Shown: piece after piece, positions 35,930 through 51,030 of the stretch
Layout of the letters: each line of letters begins with the position of its first letter
Position numbering within the stretch: the stretch's first letter is position 1
NCBI RefSeq assembly: GCF_009914755.1
Contig: NC_060937.1
Source of the DNA: the human T2T-CHM13v2.0 reference genome, Homo sapiens
Strand: one strand, 5' to 3'
DNA: 64,000 nucleotides
Made by a program: the position numbers and the translations under genes
The notes under the pieces: model-generated
What the model saw: only the letters and a program-made list of their open reading frames with translations
The model's database searches: none
What the model was told of the DNA's origin: nothing

Positions 35930-36367
35930 TGTATTAGGGTTCTCTACAGGGACAGAACTAATAGAATACATATATGTAAAGGGGAGTTTATTAAGTATTA
36001 ACTCGTAGGATCCCAAGGTCCCACAATAGGCCGTCTGCAGGCTGAGGAGCAAGGAGAGCCAGTCCGAGTTCCAAAACTGAAGAACTTGGAGTCCGATATT
36101 CGAGGTCAGGAAGCATCCATCATGGGAGAAAGATGTAGGCTGGGAGGCTAGGTCAGTCTCTCTTTTCATGTTTTTCTGCTTGCTTATTTTCTAGCTATGC
36201 TGGCAGCTGATTAGACTGTGCCCACCCAGGTTAAGGGTGGGTCTGCCTTTCCTCGTCCACTGACTCAAATGTTAATCTCTTTTGGCAACACCCTCACAGA
36301 CACACCCAGGATCAATACTTTGCATCCTTCAATCCAATCAAGTTGACACTCAGTATTAACCATCACA
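35930..36367 (-). mobile_element. MLT2A (HERV-L) solo LTR
   Basis: tgtattagggttctctacagggacagaac...ttaaccatcaca; perfect 5-bp TSD ctgtg (35925-35929, 36368-36372). Confidence 0.88.
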
Positions 36368-38118
36368 CTGTGAAAACAGAAAGACAGCATCAGATCCAAA
36401 AGGGCCAGTAAAAAAGAAGCAAGAGGTCATGAAAATGGATCAAAAGTAGCTGGCAAAAGAGAAAAAGAAACTTTTTTTGATAGAAAAGGAGAATTTGCAA
36501 ATAATAATTATTGGTTGAGATAGAGGATATGTTGTCTTCTTATAATTTTCAGGCTGCTGACAATAATGCAATGATTTTGGGGCAGCATAGCCATGAAAGA
36601 GCAAGATGAGTGATGTTGACAAACACAAGGTGGCCTTAACTGTATTGCGGCCAGGCTGGTCACTCTGCCCACCTATGTGGCCACATGTGTCTCCACAAAT
36701 TACTCGTAGGCAGTATAGTATTTAAAGTAACTAAAAAAAAAATAGACTCATTAAATGTTGAGAATGCTTTCACAGTTATTTAGTTAGTCAAGGTTAAGAA
36801 AAGAAAGGGAAAAAGGAGAAGCACAGTTTCTGTGCAAATGTAAAGTATATAATGATGGCGAAATATTTTTCCTTCCCCAAAAGTGACTGAGGAGTTGCTA
36901 TGTGGAAATGGAGGCAAATTGGTCAGGTCTCTTTTCTTTACAAATGACAGAAGCATACCTTGAACCAGTTTAGGCAAAAGAAAAGAAATGATCAGTTCAC
37001 ATGAGTGGCAAGTCCAAGATTTACAGCATTAAGCATGTTTATCTCCAGGTGCTCAGATAATGCTGTCAAATATCTGCTTCTTTTTTTCTATTCTTGGCTC
37101 TCTTTGCGTTTTTGCTGGCTTCATGTCTCTGTCTTTTCAAATGATAGGGAAGAGGGTCCCAAGTATATTCAGACCTAAATTTTTCTTCTAACTCTTAAGT
37201 ATTCTCTACAATTTCTGCATCCGCATCAGTCTCTCAAAAAACAAAAATAACTCTGATTAGTCTTGCGTGAGATATGAGTTTACTCTGAACCAATCAAGCA
37301 CTCATTGAAACCTGGGAAATGGGAGGTCTGACTGGCAAGGCTGAATCTTTAGCAGTGAATGTAGGGAGGTCTGATGGTTGGAATTGCATGGAACAGAGAA
37401 AATAGGACTCCTGAAAGGAAGGATGTGAGGCTGAAATCAAGCACTGGCGTACTTAAAGTTATTGGTAGTGTAGAAACATGAAAAGCAAAAGTAACAAAAT
37501 AACATTGATAACTGGGAGATGAGGAAGAAGAGGAATCTAATCAATGTTCATCAAGTCAAGAGGGATTTGGGAAAACACAGAATCTGTAAGGACTGAGCCA
37601 AAGCTGAAGGAAAGCAAAAGTCTATTTCAATCATTTCTCTAGACAATTCCCAGGAATCTCACGATAGACCAACAGTTCAGAGTGACAGTAAAGTTATTGA
37701 CAGTTTTGATCTGTAGCCAAAAGACCTAAGCCTACCTCAGAGAAACAGGCATCTGGCTAATCTTCAAGGAGGACTTTGTCTTTGTTACGTATGGGTAGCA
37801 CAGGCAGGTAAAGAGACAGTTCAAATAAGTAATAGTGATGCCGCAGATGTTTTAGTAGACACACATTTAGTTCTAGAAGGAGAGGAAAGAACTTGCAGTC
37901 ACAGGTACCATGGCTTTGAGGGGTCAGAGAGTAAGAATATGGGTGAGTCCTGGCCCCAAGGCAGGGGTCATTTGCTTCCTCCCTCTCTGCCGGTTCTTTA
38001 TTGCCACAGAGTTTCTGAACTTGCTCAACAGTTTCACAAACAGATTCCAGGTCCCTTCCCAGAACCACTTACCAAGTCAAGCTACCTGGGGAGGGACATG
38101 AGAAATCTGAATTTTTAG

Positions 38119-38300
38119 TTTTTTTTTTTTGAGACTGAGTCTTGTTCTGTGGCCCAGGCTGGAGTACAGTAGCATGATTTCGGCTCATTGCAATCTCTGC
38201 CTCCTGGTTCAAGGGATTCTCCTGCCTCAGCCTCCCGAGTAGCTGGGATTACAGAAGTGCACCACCATGACTGGCTAATTTTTGTATTAATTTTTGTATA
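38119..38300 (-). mobile_element. Alu right monomer (5'-truncated)
   Basis: Stops at the linker with a duplicated taatttttgta. Confidence 0.88.
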
Positions 38301-38726
38301 AGCTCTGCTATTACAATATATTCCCTGGTCACCTTCCAGTTTTGTCCCCTCTGTCACATGAGAACAAACATTTCATTAAATACAAAGGCAGGAGGGAAAG
38401 TTATGTAATTTATTCTCTGAGTCCCTAGATCCCAATACAGTTCCAGAATTTCCAGCATTAAGTTTAGCAGAGTGCTTCTAAAGATTACTTCCTATTTTAG
38501 TTTTATAAATTGGAGGGCTGGATTCTTACAAGAAGGCTATATACAGCTACTGGACAAAAAGTATGTGGAGTCGAAAACGCAAGAGAAAAAATACTCTCAT
38601 CTTGGGACTCAAAGCACCAAAGAGAAACCGTTTGGTGAAATTCTGGGCCAATTTGAAGCTATTCCTCCTTAAGGAGAAAATGGTGGATCTGGGCTTTCAA
38701 CACAAAGGAATATTTGATATCCTATT

Positions 38727-39100
38727 GTGATGGTTAATTTTATGAGTCAGTTTGTATGGGCCATGGTGCCTATACAGTTGGTCAAAATTTATTCTGGATC
38801 TTTCCGTGAAGGTGTTTTTTGGATGAGATTAACATTTTAACTGTTGAACTTTGAGTAAAGCAGATAACCCTCCATAATGTGGGCGGGCCTCATCCAATCA
38901 GTTGAAGGCCTAAACAGAACAGAGATGCCCACCCCTCAGCAAGACGGAATTCTGCCAGCAGATGGCTTCTGGAATCAGACTGCTGCTCTTCCTTGGGTCT
39001 CCAGCCTGCAAGTTTACCCTCCAGATTTTGGACTTGCAAAGCTTCTGCAATTATGTGAGCCAATTCCTTAAAATTAAATCAATCTCTCTCTGTCTCTCTG

Positions 39101-39190
<90 letters not shown>

Positions 39191-39230
39191 TCCTGTTAGT
39201 TCTGTTTCTCTGGAAACCCTGAATAATGCA
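38727..39230 (+). mobile_element. MLT2 (ERVL) LTR containing a compound (CT)n(TA)n microsatellite at about 39083-39186
   Basis: Starts tgtgatggttaatttt; ends 'tctgtttctctggaaaccctgaataatgca'. Confidence 0.82.
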
Positions 39231-39405
39231 TTTATTGATGTACTAATTATTTCCGATTCTGATTGAATATTAGGCTTTGCAGCATCAAGATTAAACCTCA
39301 GGTCCTTAATTCTCTGCCTGTCCCCAGCTCTACTGAAACTCCACTTAATTGAGGACCAAACCCAATGATCTGTAGTATATGTGTCATGTCACCCTGGCAC
39401 CTGTT

Positions 39406-39958
39406 TGTTGGGGGAAAGGCTTACAGGGTGCCTGTATAAACTGGCCATAAAAATATGGGACAATAAGTTGTGGAAAGCCACAAGAGGCCTCTGAGGAGGA
39501 AAGCCTTCTTATCGCCATTATGTTCCCATGCTCTGAGCGAGACTTGCTCTCTTATCCATAAACACTGTGTTCAAGGAGAAAGACACTCCTTTGAACATTG
39601 GAATGTGGCCAGACGTGCAGGATCCTAGTTAAGCCTGCTCCCACTAGCTACTCTCCGATAAATTAAAGATATGCTGTTTGAGCACAAAGGAGATTAATTT
39701 AAACCACCACTGTTATAGATTATGTGTATGATGCACTGTCTCCCTTTCACCGTTCCCTGAATGTCTGCTTCTTAGATCTAAGTGACTGTATTCAATAAAT
39801 AGCGTGGAGACCAGAGCTTGGGGCCTTTTACAGCCTCCATTTTGCAATTGGCCCCCTGGTCCCCACTCTTTATGCACTCTTAACCTGTCTCTTCTCATTC
39901 CTCCATTGCCACCAGACTTTGGATACCCTATGGGTGGTGATGAGGCTGGTCCCCAACA
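39406..39958 (+). mobile_element. HERV-K-class solo LTR (553 bp), resembling LTR14/HERV-K(C4) (HML-10)
   Basis: Perfect TGTTGGGG...CCCCAACA termini; perfect 6-bp TSD cctgtt (39400-39405, 39959-39964); AATAAA about 39794; subfamily from recalled consensus. Confidence 0.8.
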
Positions 39959-40699
39959 CCTGTTCTTCTTGATGTACTGTGGTATCCTGGTGGGCTGTGA
40001 AGGAGAAGCAGGTGTGTTCCCAGATAGTGAATCCCACAGTCCTCAGGGTGGTTGAGTGGGACCTGCACTGCTAGCACCTCTGGTGGTGACCACCAGCCAG
40101 GCAACACTGGCCAGAGTTCCTTCAGGACCCATCTAAGCAAGTGAAGGTTGACCTATGGTCCCTGCAGATGCCAAATGGAATGAGCAGCAGCTAACATTGG
40201 TTGCTTCATCAAAGGGCACATTACTTCCTGGACATTACTTCAGCACCCAGTTGCAAAATGCACCCCTGCCACGTCAAGGACAGGGAGCCAGTGAAGGTGC
40301 TGGAGAAGTGTTGATGTGTCAGCTCAAGGTAAGACAGGTGGAGGTGGGAAGGCGGTGGGGAGGCAGGGTTGGGGCTCTGAGCAGGGGCAGGGCCAGGCAG
40401 TCATCCCAGTCTCTGTATTTGTGGCTGATTTGCTCTGTAGCAGCAGAACAGAGACACTGTGCTTACCATGGGAAAAAGGAAGAAGAGGGAACTTACCTTC
40501 TTTTCTCTTACATTCCACTGGTGAGAGTTGGCCCCTTGGGAGTTAACCTCTGCTCACTTCAGAGGAACATCAGCCAGCACTTTTAGGAGCTACCAGGGAA
40601 GCAAAATGCTACGCTTTGCTTTGTGGTGGTTCTTCCAAGTCTGGAAATGGTAGAAGGAGCCAGAACTTCAAGGTGGGAAGAGACAGCCAAGCAAGATTC

Positions 40700-41470
<771 letters not shown>

Positions 41471-43698
41471 GCAGTACTAATACAAATACTAATATTACCT
41501 GTGTTTGTACTAATACAAGCAACTCATCAACTGCAGGCACAGGATAATAGGAGATCCCAGTGGAGTTGGAAGGCTGTGGTGGCAGGAGTGGCTGCAGGGG
41601 AAGGGGCGAGCACCTGAGAGCCTACTGCTGGCCCTGAGAGTCTCTGACAAGGTGCATAAGACCTGTGTGCTGTATCAGCCAAGTCCCACATTCTCAGAGG
41701 CCTCACAGCATGGTAGAAAGATAATATACTCTGTGGTCAGAAAGAAATGAGTTTAGCTCTGTCTGAGGTGATCGGGTCAAGTTGCTTAAACTATTTGAAT
41801 CATTTGAATCTCAGTTTTCTTCTCCGTGAAGTGGGAATAATACCTCCTATTTAGAGGATTGGTTGAGCTACACATGTAGCAATACTCCTGACATACAGGG
41901 GCTTATAACACGTGGTCTTTATTTTGATGATTGTAGATTGTCGTCTTTGGTAAGCTTGAACAATTTATCTTGCTGAAACTCTTTCCAATAGACATTTACT
42001 TGACTTGATGCTTCTGAGACAACACCCTTTTTTCTTCTCCTATCTTTCTGGCTACCCCTTTTTCTTTTGGTGGCTTTTATTTTTCCTAACTACACTTTTA
42101 TTGTTTGTTTTCTTCAAGAATCCATAATGGGGCTCCTTTTCTTCCTCTTCATATGCTTCCTGAGCAATCTTATCTCTGGGGGAATCATTTTTTTCCCTCT
42201 CCCAAGTCCCTGCTGGTCATAAAATGGGAACATACACCCCCAACACTTTCACCCATTTAGAAGCACCCATTTGGGAGGAGTAATATTTCATCCTTCTCCA
42301 CATCTCTAACCTATCTTATATCCAGGAGGGGGAGTGACTTAACTTTTTGGTGAGATTGGAACAAAGGGTTCACTATATAACCCTAGCCTATGGTTTGCTA
42401 GAGTTCTTTCTCTCTCTCTCTCAGCTGGGCATTATCCAGCTATTTTGTTGAATTGAGCAGATAAGTTCAAAGTTGTTTAAAATTAAAGAACTATAGAGTC
42501 TGAATAAACATTGTTGACACAAATGCTTTAAGAATTCAAAGTGTAAGGCTTGTATTTACTATTTCATTTCAGGTAAGGAAGATTAAATACAGTTTTATTT
42601 TTAATCTCCCAAGGTTATAACCTATAATATTAAGACTATGTTAACCTTAAGTCTTATTCAAGTGTTTGTTGTAGGAAATTGTGTCAGCTCACTAAAGTTA
42701 TACATTTTATTTGTCATAGGAAATTGAATTTACGCACCAACCTTTTGATAATTAACCCATGACTATGACTTCATTGATCTTACTAAAATTGACCTTACCT
42801 ACATTTAAACTCTGCGCATTCTCTTTAGATAGGAAACTATCTCAAGCCCTTAGTTTAGATTTTTCTTCTTGCTGATTGTATACTTAAAATAAAATACCAA
42901 GTCTCACATTTTTACACTTCCAAATGAGGTCCCAGTCTACTCTTTCCAACAATAAGAGATATATTCAGATTCTTATTTGACTTTTTTCATATTTCTTGAT
43001 TGATTCTGAATCTAGAGAGGAAGGATATAACAAACCGGTCCTTTTGAACCCTAATAAAAGCCAGGTATTCACTGGGGATTTGCTTTCATTGTAACATGCC
43101 ACTTGGTGGTCAGCTTTTCGAGAAGGGAGGAGATAACGCCACTTAATTCTAGCACAGGCAGCTAATGACATTTCCGAAAAGACCCTGCGTTTCTCAAAGG
43201 GCTGAATTGGCTTTAGCCTTATCAGTCTATGTAGCCTTATTAATGCTTGTAATTTTGGTCCTGTTAAACCCTTGATTGCTTACTATATTGAGATTGTGAA
43301 CTTGGGGATCATATTTTCTCATACACCACTTTGCTGTTACACTTGCACTTTTCTCTGTTTATAATACTCAGCTCTTAAATGCCACGTAGCCCATGGCTCA
43401 GTATTTTCTGCTCAAATGCTGGCTCCTCGAGGCTTCGTTTCCTGACCCTTCCTCTCCCCTGCATTTCAAAGCTTGATTTAGTGCTTCATCTGAGCTTGTT
43501 TCTCCTGGGATATGTATCTATGGAGCTCATGACAGTGTTGTCATTAAAACATACACAGATTCTTTCTGTTTTTGCTAAATAGATTATGAGTTCCTTGGGT
43601 GCAGAGATCATGGTTTTCATTTATGTAACTTTAGTGCTTAGTATCCTGTCAATGAATGTTTACTAAAAATAAATAAAATAAACAAACTCTGTTAAGTA

Positions 43699-43824
43699 TA
43701 GTGACCAATTGTTCTAGCTGTGGACTAGTACCAACTTTTAACTTTATACTAACATAATTATTAACAGTACCCCCTTTCACTCTCAAAAGTGTTCCAGTTT
43801 GGAGGATAAATTCTAGGTCACCTT
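43699..43824. mobile_element. MER94-like hAT MITE
   Basis: gtgacc...ggtcac terminal repeats; 'ccccctttcactctcaaaagtgttccagtttgga'. Confidence 0.6.
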
Positions 43825-44028
43825 CTTCATAAGGAATCTTGGGGGAGATATAGAACTGAATTGCTTTTTTTTTTTTTTTTTTGCCTCTAAGAGGATAATG
43901 TTCTCAGATTTTCTGGAAAGCAGAGACAATGATTCTTATAAATTATAATAACAAAAATATCTCAATGATAATTTTCTTACCTACAAAATGAAACTAGCTA
44001 ATGGTTTCACAGATTTCTGTGAGAATAA

Positions 44029-44407
44029 GTGTATTAGTTCACTATGGCTGCCACAACAAAATACCACAGTCTGTGTTGTTTAAACAACAGGCTTTATTTT
44101 CTCACAGTTCTGTAGGCTGGAAGTCCAAGATCAAGTTGTCTGCAGGTTTGGTTTTTCGAGGCCTCTCTGGAGGCTCGCAGATGGCTGCCTTCTTGCTACG
44201 TCCTCACATGGCCTTTTCTCTGTGTGCACATCGTGGTGTCTCTTCCTCTTTTTGTAAAGACACTAGTTATACTTAATTAAAGTCCTGCTCTTATAACCTC
44301 ATTGAACCTTCATTACCTCCTTTAAAGTCCCTTATCTCCAAATACAGTCACATTGGGGGTTGAGAAGTCAACATACAATTTTGGGGAACACAATTCAGTC
44401 CATAATA
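44029..44407 (-). mobile_element. MLT1-type MaLR solo LTR
   Basis: 'tgtattagttcactatggctgccacaacaaaatacca...attcagtccataa'. Confidence 0.78.
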
Positions 44408-44536
44408 TGCATGTATAAATATATGGTGTGTGAATTTTAATATCCACACCTACCAACCCATATATAAAAAGTCATTTTGAAAATAACATGATGAGGACCT
44501 TTCTGTTTTGGACAGAATAATATAAATGGGTGGTAG

Positions 44537-44830
<294 letters not shown>

Positions 44831-44947
44831 CCCTTTTTATTCAATCTCATATTATCAGATTATTTTGTTTGAGCTTTAAAAACAAATTTATTACTCTATA
44901 ACAGATAATAATAATTTATTCATTTAAAATAATACATACAACTTCTA

Positions 44948-45258
44948 GGCTGGGCACAGTGCCTCACACCTGTAATCCCAGCACTTTGGGAGGCTGAGGT
45001 GGGTGGATCATTTGAGGCCAGGACTGTGCATGGCTGTTGTTCTCCATGCTTAAGAGGCCATAGTTGTGGCAGAACCTCGTCTCTACTAAAAATACAAAAA
45101 ATTAGCTGGGTGTGGTGGTGGGCCCCTGTAATCCCAGTTACTTGGGAGGCTGAGGCAGGAGTATCACTTGAACTGGGGAGGCAGAGGTTGCAGTGAGTCA
45201 AAATCGGCCACTGCACTCCAGCCTGGGCGACAGAGTGAGACTTCATCTCAAAATAAAA

Positions 45259-45290
<32 letters not shown>

Positions 45291-45305
45291 CAAAAAAATA
45301 AGAAA
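44948..45305 (+). mobile_element. AluS with a foreign 42-bp replacement in the left arm; (CAAAA)n tail
   Basis: TSD catacaacttcta (about 44935 and 45308); B-box region replaced (see findings). Confidence 0.92.
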
Positions 45306-45773
45306 CCATACAACTTCTAGACCTTGTCAAGAGAAGTCCTTGTCAGGGTACCATGCTTCAGAGGCCTGCTAGACCCCTTTATTCTGTGGGGTTAGGAGTC
45401 CATAGGCCAAAAGGACATGTGGGTGCCTAGATCTCTGGGATTTCTGCTCAAACATTCTCAAGCTGTATCTGGGACCTCTTTGGGCCTCCTTTGAGTCTCC
45501 ATCCTCCTGAGTATGGTCTGTACCACTGGTAGTGTAGCACAGGCAATTGTTGCTTAAGAAGAAGAGTTCTGCTTCCCTCCTAACTACCATATTCTGGTGT
45601 GGAACTGCAAGGGATCCTAGGTAATTATGAGGCTATATAATAGATACAATAATAAATAGAACCTATTTTAGTTGATGGTTTGACTTGATTTTTTACCTTT
45701 CAAATATTTAAATCTATGCTGTATGAGTCTTCATTTGTATTCTTGCTCCAGGCTCCACACATATCAGGAGTGA

Positions 45774-46152
<379 letters not shown>

Positions 46153-49100
46153 TAATTGGTAGGTCCTATTGCTGACCTCAGTTTACAGAAATGAAACTGT
46201 GGCCAAAGTCAACCCTGCTCAAAGAAGCAGAGTTGGGCCTGGAATGGAGCTCTGACCTCAGAGACTGAACTTAGCCCCTCTCCCCTACTCTAGGGCCATT
46301 CAAAGAGTGATAGTAATTTTCATTCGTTTTGAAGGACATAAAACATGAACTCATTGACCACAAATAGTCAGTTTGTCTGAAGATAATAATCGTCTGGGAA
46401 TCTGCAACAAATTGTCCAGATTCCAAAATTTGCATTTTCAGACATAAGACTTATAAAAACTGCATGCATTATTCTGTGACTAGTTCTGCCTTAAGTGGTG
46501 TAACTGCACAACGGAAAGAGTGGGTAATCTTGTTCAAATGAAAGTTTCTTCAAATAATGGAGCAAATGACTTGCAGGAACCTACATGAAACTGAAAAGAA
46601 GTAGCTCCCTATCACTTATCAAGGAGCGTTGAAAGGTATGGGGGCAGGTAGTTTTTCCGCTCATCTTGAAATGAAATGATAATGGTCGAGAATTCCACCA
46701 ACACATACGTATTTTTGCTCCTCTTTTTTTTGAATGTACACTACTGGCAGGCAGGATTCACAGTGTGTCTTTAAGTGCAGAACATTAGAACACATCTTTA
46801 CCTACACATATACTAGAACTGTTGTCTAATTTAGAACAGAGTGTTCTTCCTTTGCTCCTTATTGGGCCCTAGTAGAAACTTCACAGGTCTGTAAGCAAGG
46901 TCATTTAGTGCCTTGCTTTTTTGCCCATCGTGTTTATGTTTGTTCCCGATAAGACTGTTTTGTAATTCGGAGAATGACATCTTTTTTGTTCTTCACATGA
47001 CCACGAATGTCCCAAGCTCCTGATGATTTGTAAACCACAAGATATAGCAGCTGAAATGTATTAGTTTAATAATAAACATAAACACAGGGAACAGGCTGAT
47101 GTTATAAAACAGTAATTATGCAAATTTCTCACAGTAAATAGTGGTCTTAATGATGGCAAGGTTTCAGTCCCAGATGCTTTTCCAATTTACTTACTTCAAG
47201 AACTTCTTTGTATGTAATTTAAGAATTCCAACTTATTTCCAGGATACTTCGGTCCCTTTAAAAATTTTCTGCTTGCCCCTTTTACTTTAGCTTTCACAGT
47301 ATTGCTGAGTAGCTACCCAAGCAAAGCAGGGGGACATCTTGAATCAGAGGTGGAATCCGCAATGAAAGGATCTGTGATATTTCAATCCCCCAAGCGAGGA
47401 AAGGGGAATAATTTAGTGTAGGCTGAAGGGCTAAGGGGACCGTGAAAGGACCTGTTGGAGGTAGATAAGGTGGAGAAGCCAGCCAAATTCCAGCCACTGC
47501 CTGTTAGGCATACCCCCAATCCCTCATTGAGGCATCTACATCTCATAAGCATCTGAAATTCAACGTGAGCAAAACTGAACTCCTCATTTTGTCTTGCTCA
47601 AAACAGACTGTTACCCCATCTCAGTTTATGGTAACTTCTTCCTTCCAGTTAATCAGCCCAAACATCAAGAAGTCGTCTTTGGCTCCTTTTGTTTTTTCAT
47701 ATATATATTTACAAAACCTATTAACTCTCCCTTTCAAATATACCTAGAATTCAACAACTTCTTGTCCTTCCCCAGCTTGGTCCTAACCACAAGCACCTGG
47801 GAACCTAGATGATTGAGGTAGAGTTTCCATCACCTCTGTTTCCATCATTTCTGCTTCCATCATCTCATTCATGTCATTTATGGTAAAATCCAAGTCTCCT
47901 CTCCTTCACCTCTGACTTCATCTCCTACTTCTCCCTCCTTTAGCCTTGCTGGTCCTCTTGCCATTTTTCAAATACTCCAGGTGTGTTCCTGTTTCAGAGC
48001 CTTTGCCCTTGCTGAAGTGCTCTCTCAACTCCATGTCTTTGCTCAAATAGCATTTTATTTTAAAGGAGATGACTTTATTCAGATTACTGCAATAGGGAGA
48101 AGGTTCATAAATAAGGAACATCTCAAAAAAGAGAAAGGGGCCTACAACTTTACAGAGGTAGAGGAATATGGGAGTCAGGACAAAGGGTAGAAGTGAGTCC
48201 TATCTACAAGCACACGGTGGTCCTTTGCAGTTAGTCATGTCCCAGAACATAAAGGGTGGGGAATTTCTCAACCACTACTGCTTTCCAGGAGGACAGGCCT
48301 CTAATAAAGTTCAACATTCTTATTCCCTTCAGTTATCAGCTCTCATTAAACAACTCAGAGGCGGTTATAAACCTCCTGAGTAGGTGACACAGTCTAAAAA
48401 ACAATCTTGTTGTCAGTGTGCTTGTACAACCAGTTGAACCCGCTGTTGGAAGGTGGTGGCAAAGAGTAGTTGTTTGTGCGTGTGGGAGGTCACCTTAAAA
48501 GACCTCTTCTCATTTGCAGCCATACCCAGGGGTAGATGATGGTGCACTGGCTGTCATACACTGGCACTGTGTTGCAGACTAGCAGATCTCGTGACTACAC
48601 CTAACACAGCTTCCTATAGCCGCACATCTCTCAAAGTGGCAGAAATGAACATGCTCATTACAGACTCAAAGACAGAGGCTTTGCGGGAGTAAACAGGGAT
48701 CTGAAAGTGAGGCCCGGCCCTACAGATATGTCAGTTTCATCTTTTCCAGCGTCATTAGCTCTAGGTGGTGCAAATGTTTCCATTTAAGGAAAATTTATTC
48801 CACAATAATAATTAATTGTATGACAATGAGATTACAGAGATTATAGCAGGCATACCCAATGAAACCTTTATACTGGCTTATCACAAAGGATACACATGAA
48901 AAGATGCATAGGGTGATGTGTGGGAGAAGGGGCATGGAGCTTCCACCCTCCAGGAGCCTCCACATGTTCAGCTATAGAAGCTCCTTCAGTGGCATTTTCT
49001 AAGTGAGGGATTCTTTGACTGCCTTGTTTTTAGCTGGGCACAACACTCCTTATTCCCTCCACTGTTATTTTTCTTCATAGCAGTTATCTTCTGAGTAATT

Positions 49101-50701
49101 TTAGTTATTTCATTTATTGGTTGCCCCCACTAGAATGTAAATTTCATGACAGTAGGGATTTTCACCTATTTTATTCAGTGATACAGCCCCAGCAACTAGA
49201 ACAATATTTGGCCTATAGTAGGTGCTAAACAAATGAATAACTGAAGATGTGAATGAACTGTACTGAAACATAACTATGGCCTCTTAAGCATGGAGAACAA
49301 CAGCCATGCACAGATGGGTGCTTGGGTATCAGAATATGTCTAAGGTTAAACATCAATATGAACAGATGAAAATCATTTTGTATAATTTGGTGACTTTTTT
49401 TCTGTGTTTATCACTCTTCTGTTTCTGTAACAGGGATAACAAACATTGACCAGATGAGATTTTAGAGGTAAAGATGAGATTTGTAGGTAAAACTTAATTT
49501 CATCTATAATTTCTGAGTCAAACCTTAGACCATTAAGATAGATTCAAATAGATGCAGTGGGAAGCCTTGGAAGTTTTTTTCAGGGTATATGTGAGCAAGT
49601 CTGTATGCATTGTGGGTGGTGGTGCTGGTATTGCTGGATTGGGGTGAAAACGCTTATTTCTAAACTTCTGTGATCATCTCTGATTGGAAAAGTAGCACCA
49701 TCCTCAGCTGCTCCATCCTCCTGGTGGGTCTCATAATGGCCCTAAGGAATCATGGATGTTAGAAGATGGAGGAAAAATAGAAAGGCTGTGAAGGACCCGA
49801 AGAGGATCCACTCAACTTACACATTAATAAAATGGCCATCCTTTCTTCTTTTCCCTTTTTGATTTAAAAAGCTATAGCTGCCATTTTTCAAAATTTTTTC
49901 CTTTTAGTTTCTTTACAACTTATTACTTGCCTGGATTTTCCATAAATATTTTACATGCTGAGGGACATAGTGTTTTTAAGTCCTATGATTCTCCTGTGCC
50001 TAAACCAAGTTTCTAAATTATGTCATATGTTGGGAACTGCAGCCAGGAGTTAAAACTTGGCAGTTAAAAACTTGGATTCAGTACAGGTTTCTACTATTGC
50101 TTGGAATCATTCAATATGACCTCTTGATAGGTGGGGGGCTCTCTTTCTCTCTCCCTCTTTTTGTAGTTCCTAGGGATTTTAAAGTTGGAGGACAGAGAAA
50201 TACAGAACTGATGATGTACTTTATTTGGAAAATGTGTGATCTTACTTCTGCACATTTCAGATGTGTGCTACTTTTTAATGTGTGTGACCTATGAGGAGCT
50301 ATAAATATGTTAAGGAAAAAAGTACATACATATAAATGTGTGCATGCTGTTTCTTTTAAGCTTTTGGCTTTAAAATATAAAATGTTATTGTCTTCATGTG
50401 GCAGAATATAGTTCCTTTTGTTACTCTACAGTAAGTTCCCAATGTAAGAAGGTTAATGACAAAGAATCCAAGAAGATTTTTTAAAAAATTCTTTTGATAT
50501 TTTTATTATAATGGAATTAAATTTATAATTATTTCAGTGTGCTCTGCTTGAAACATTAATAAATCTTTGTGAGTATTAGCAGAAGTAGGAAAATTTCTTA
50601 ATAAAAATATTTGTTGGTGGAAAAATCATAGTAAAGGTAAACCTCTAAATATCTATTTGTAGACCATCAAAGCATAAGCACATCCATATGGTAGGAGATA
50701 A

Positions 50702-51018
<317 letters not shown>

Positions 51019-51030
51019 ACACGTATACTC

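Noticed and set aside
40070-40092. CCACCAGAGGTGCT (minus strand) as a CTCF site
   Set aside because: Register shift at the critical GGC positions gives several core mismatches
49453-49492. Imperfect ~20-bp tandem duplication (agatgagattt...ggtaaa)
   Set aside because: Ordinary slippage duplication; no evident link to the nearby 42-bp donor
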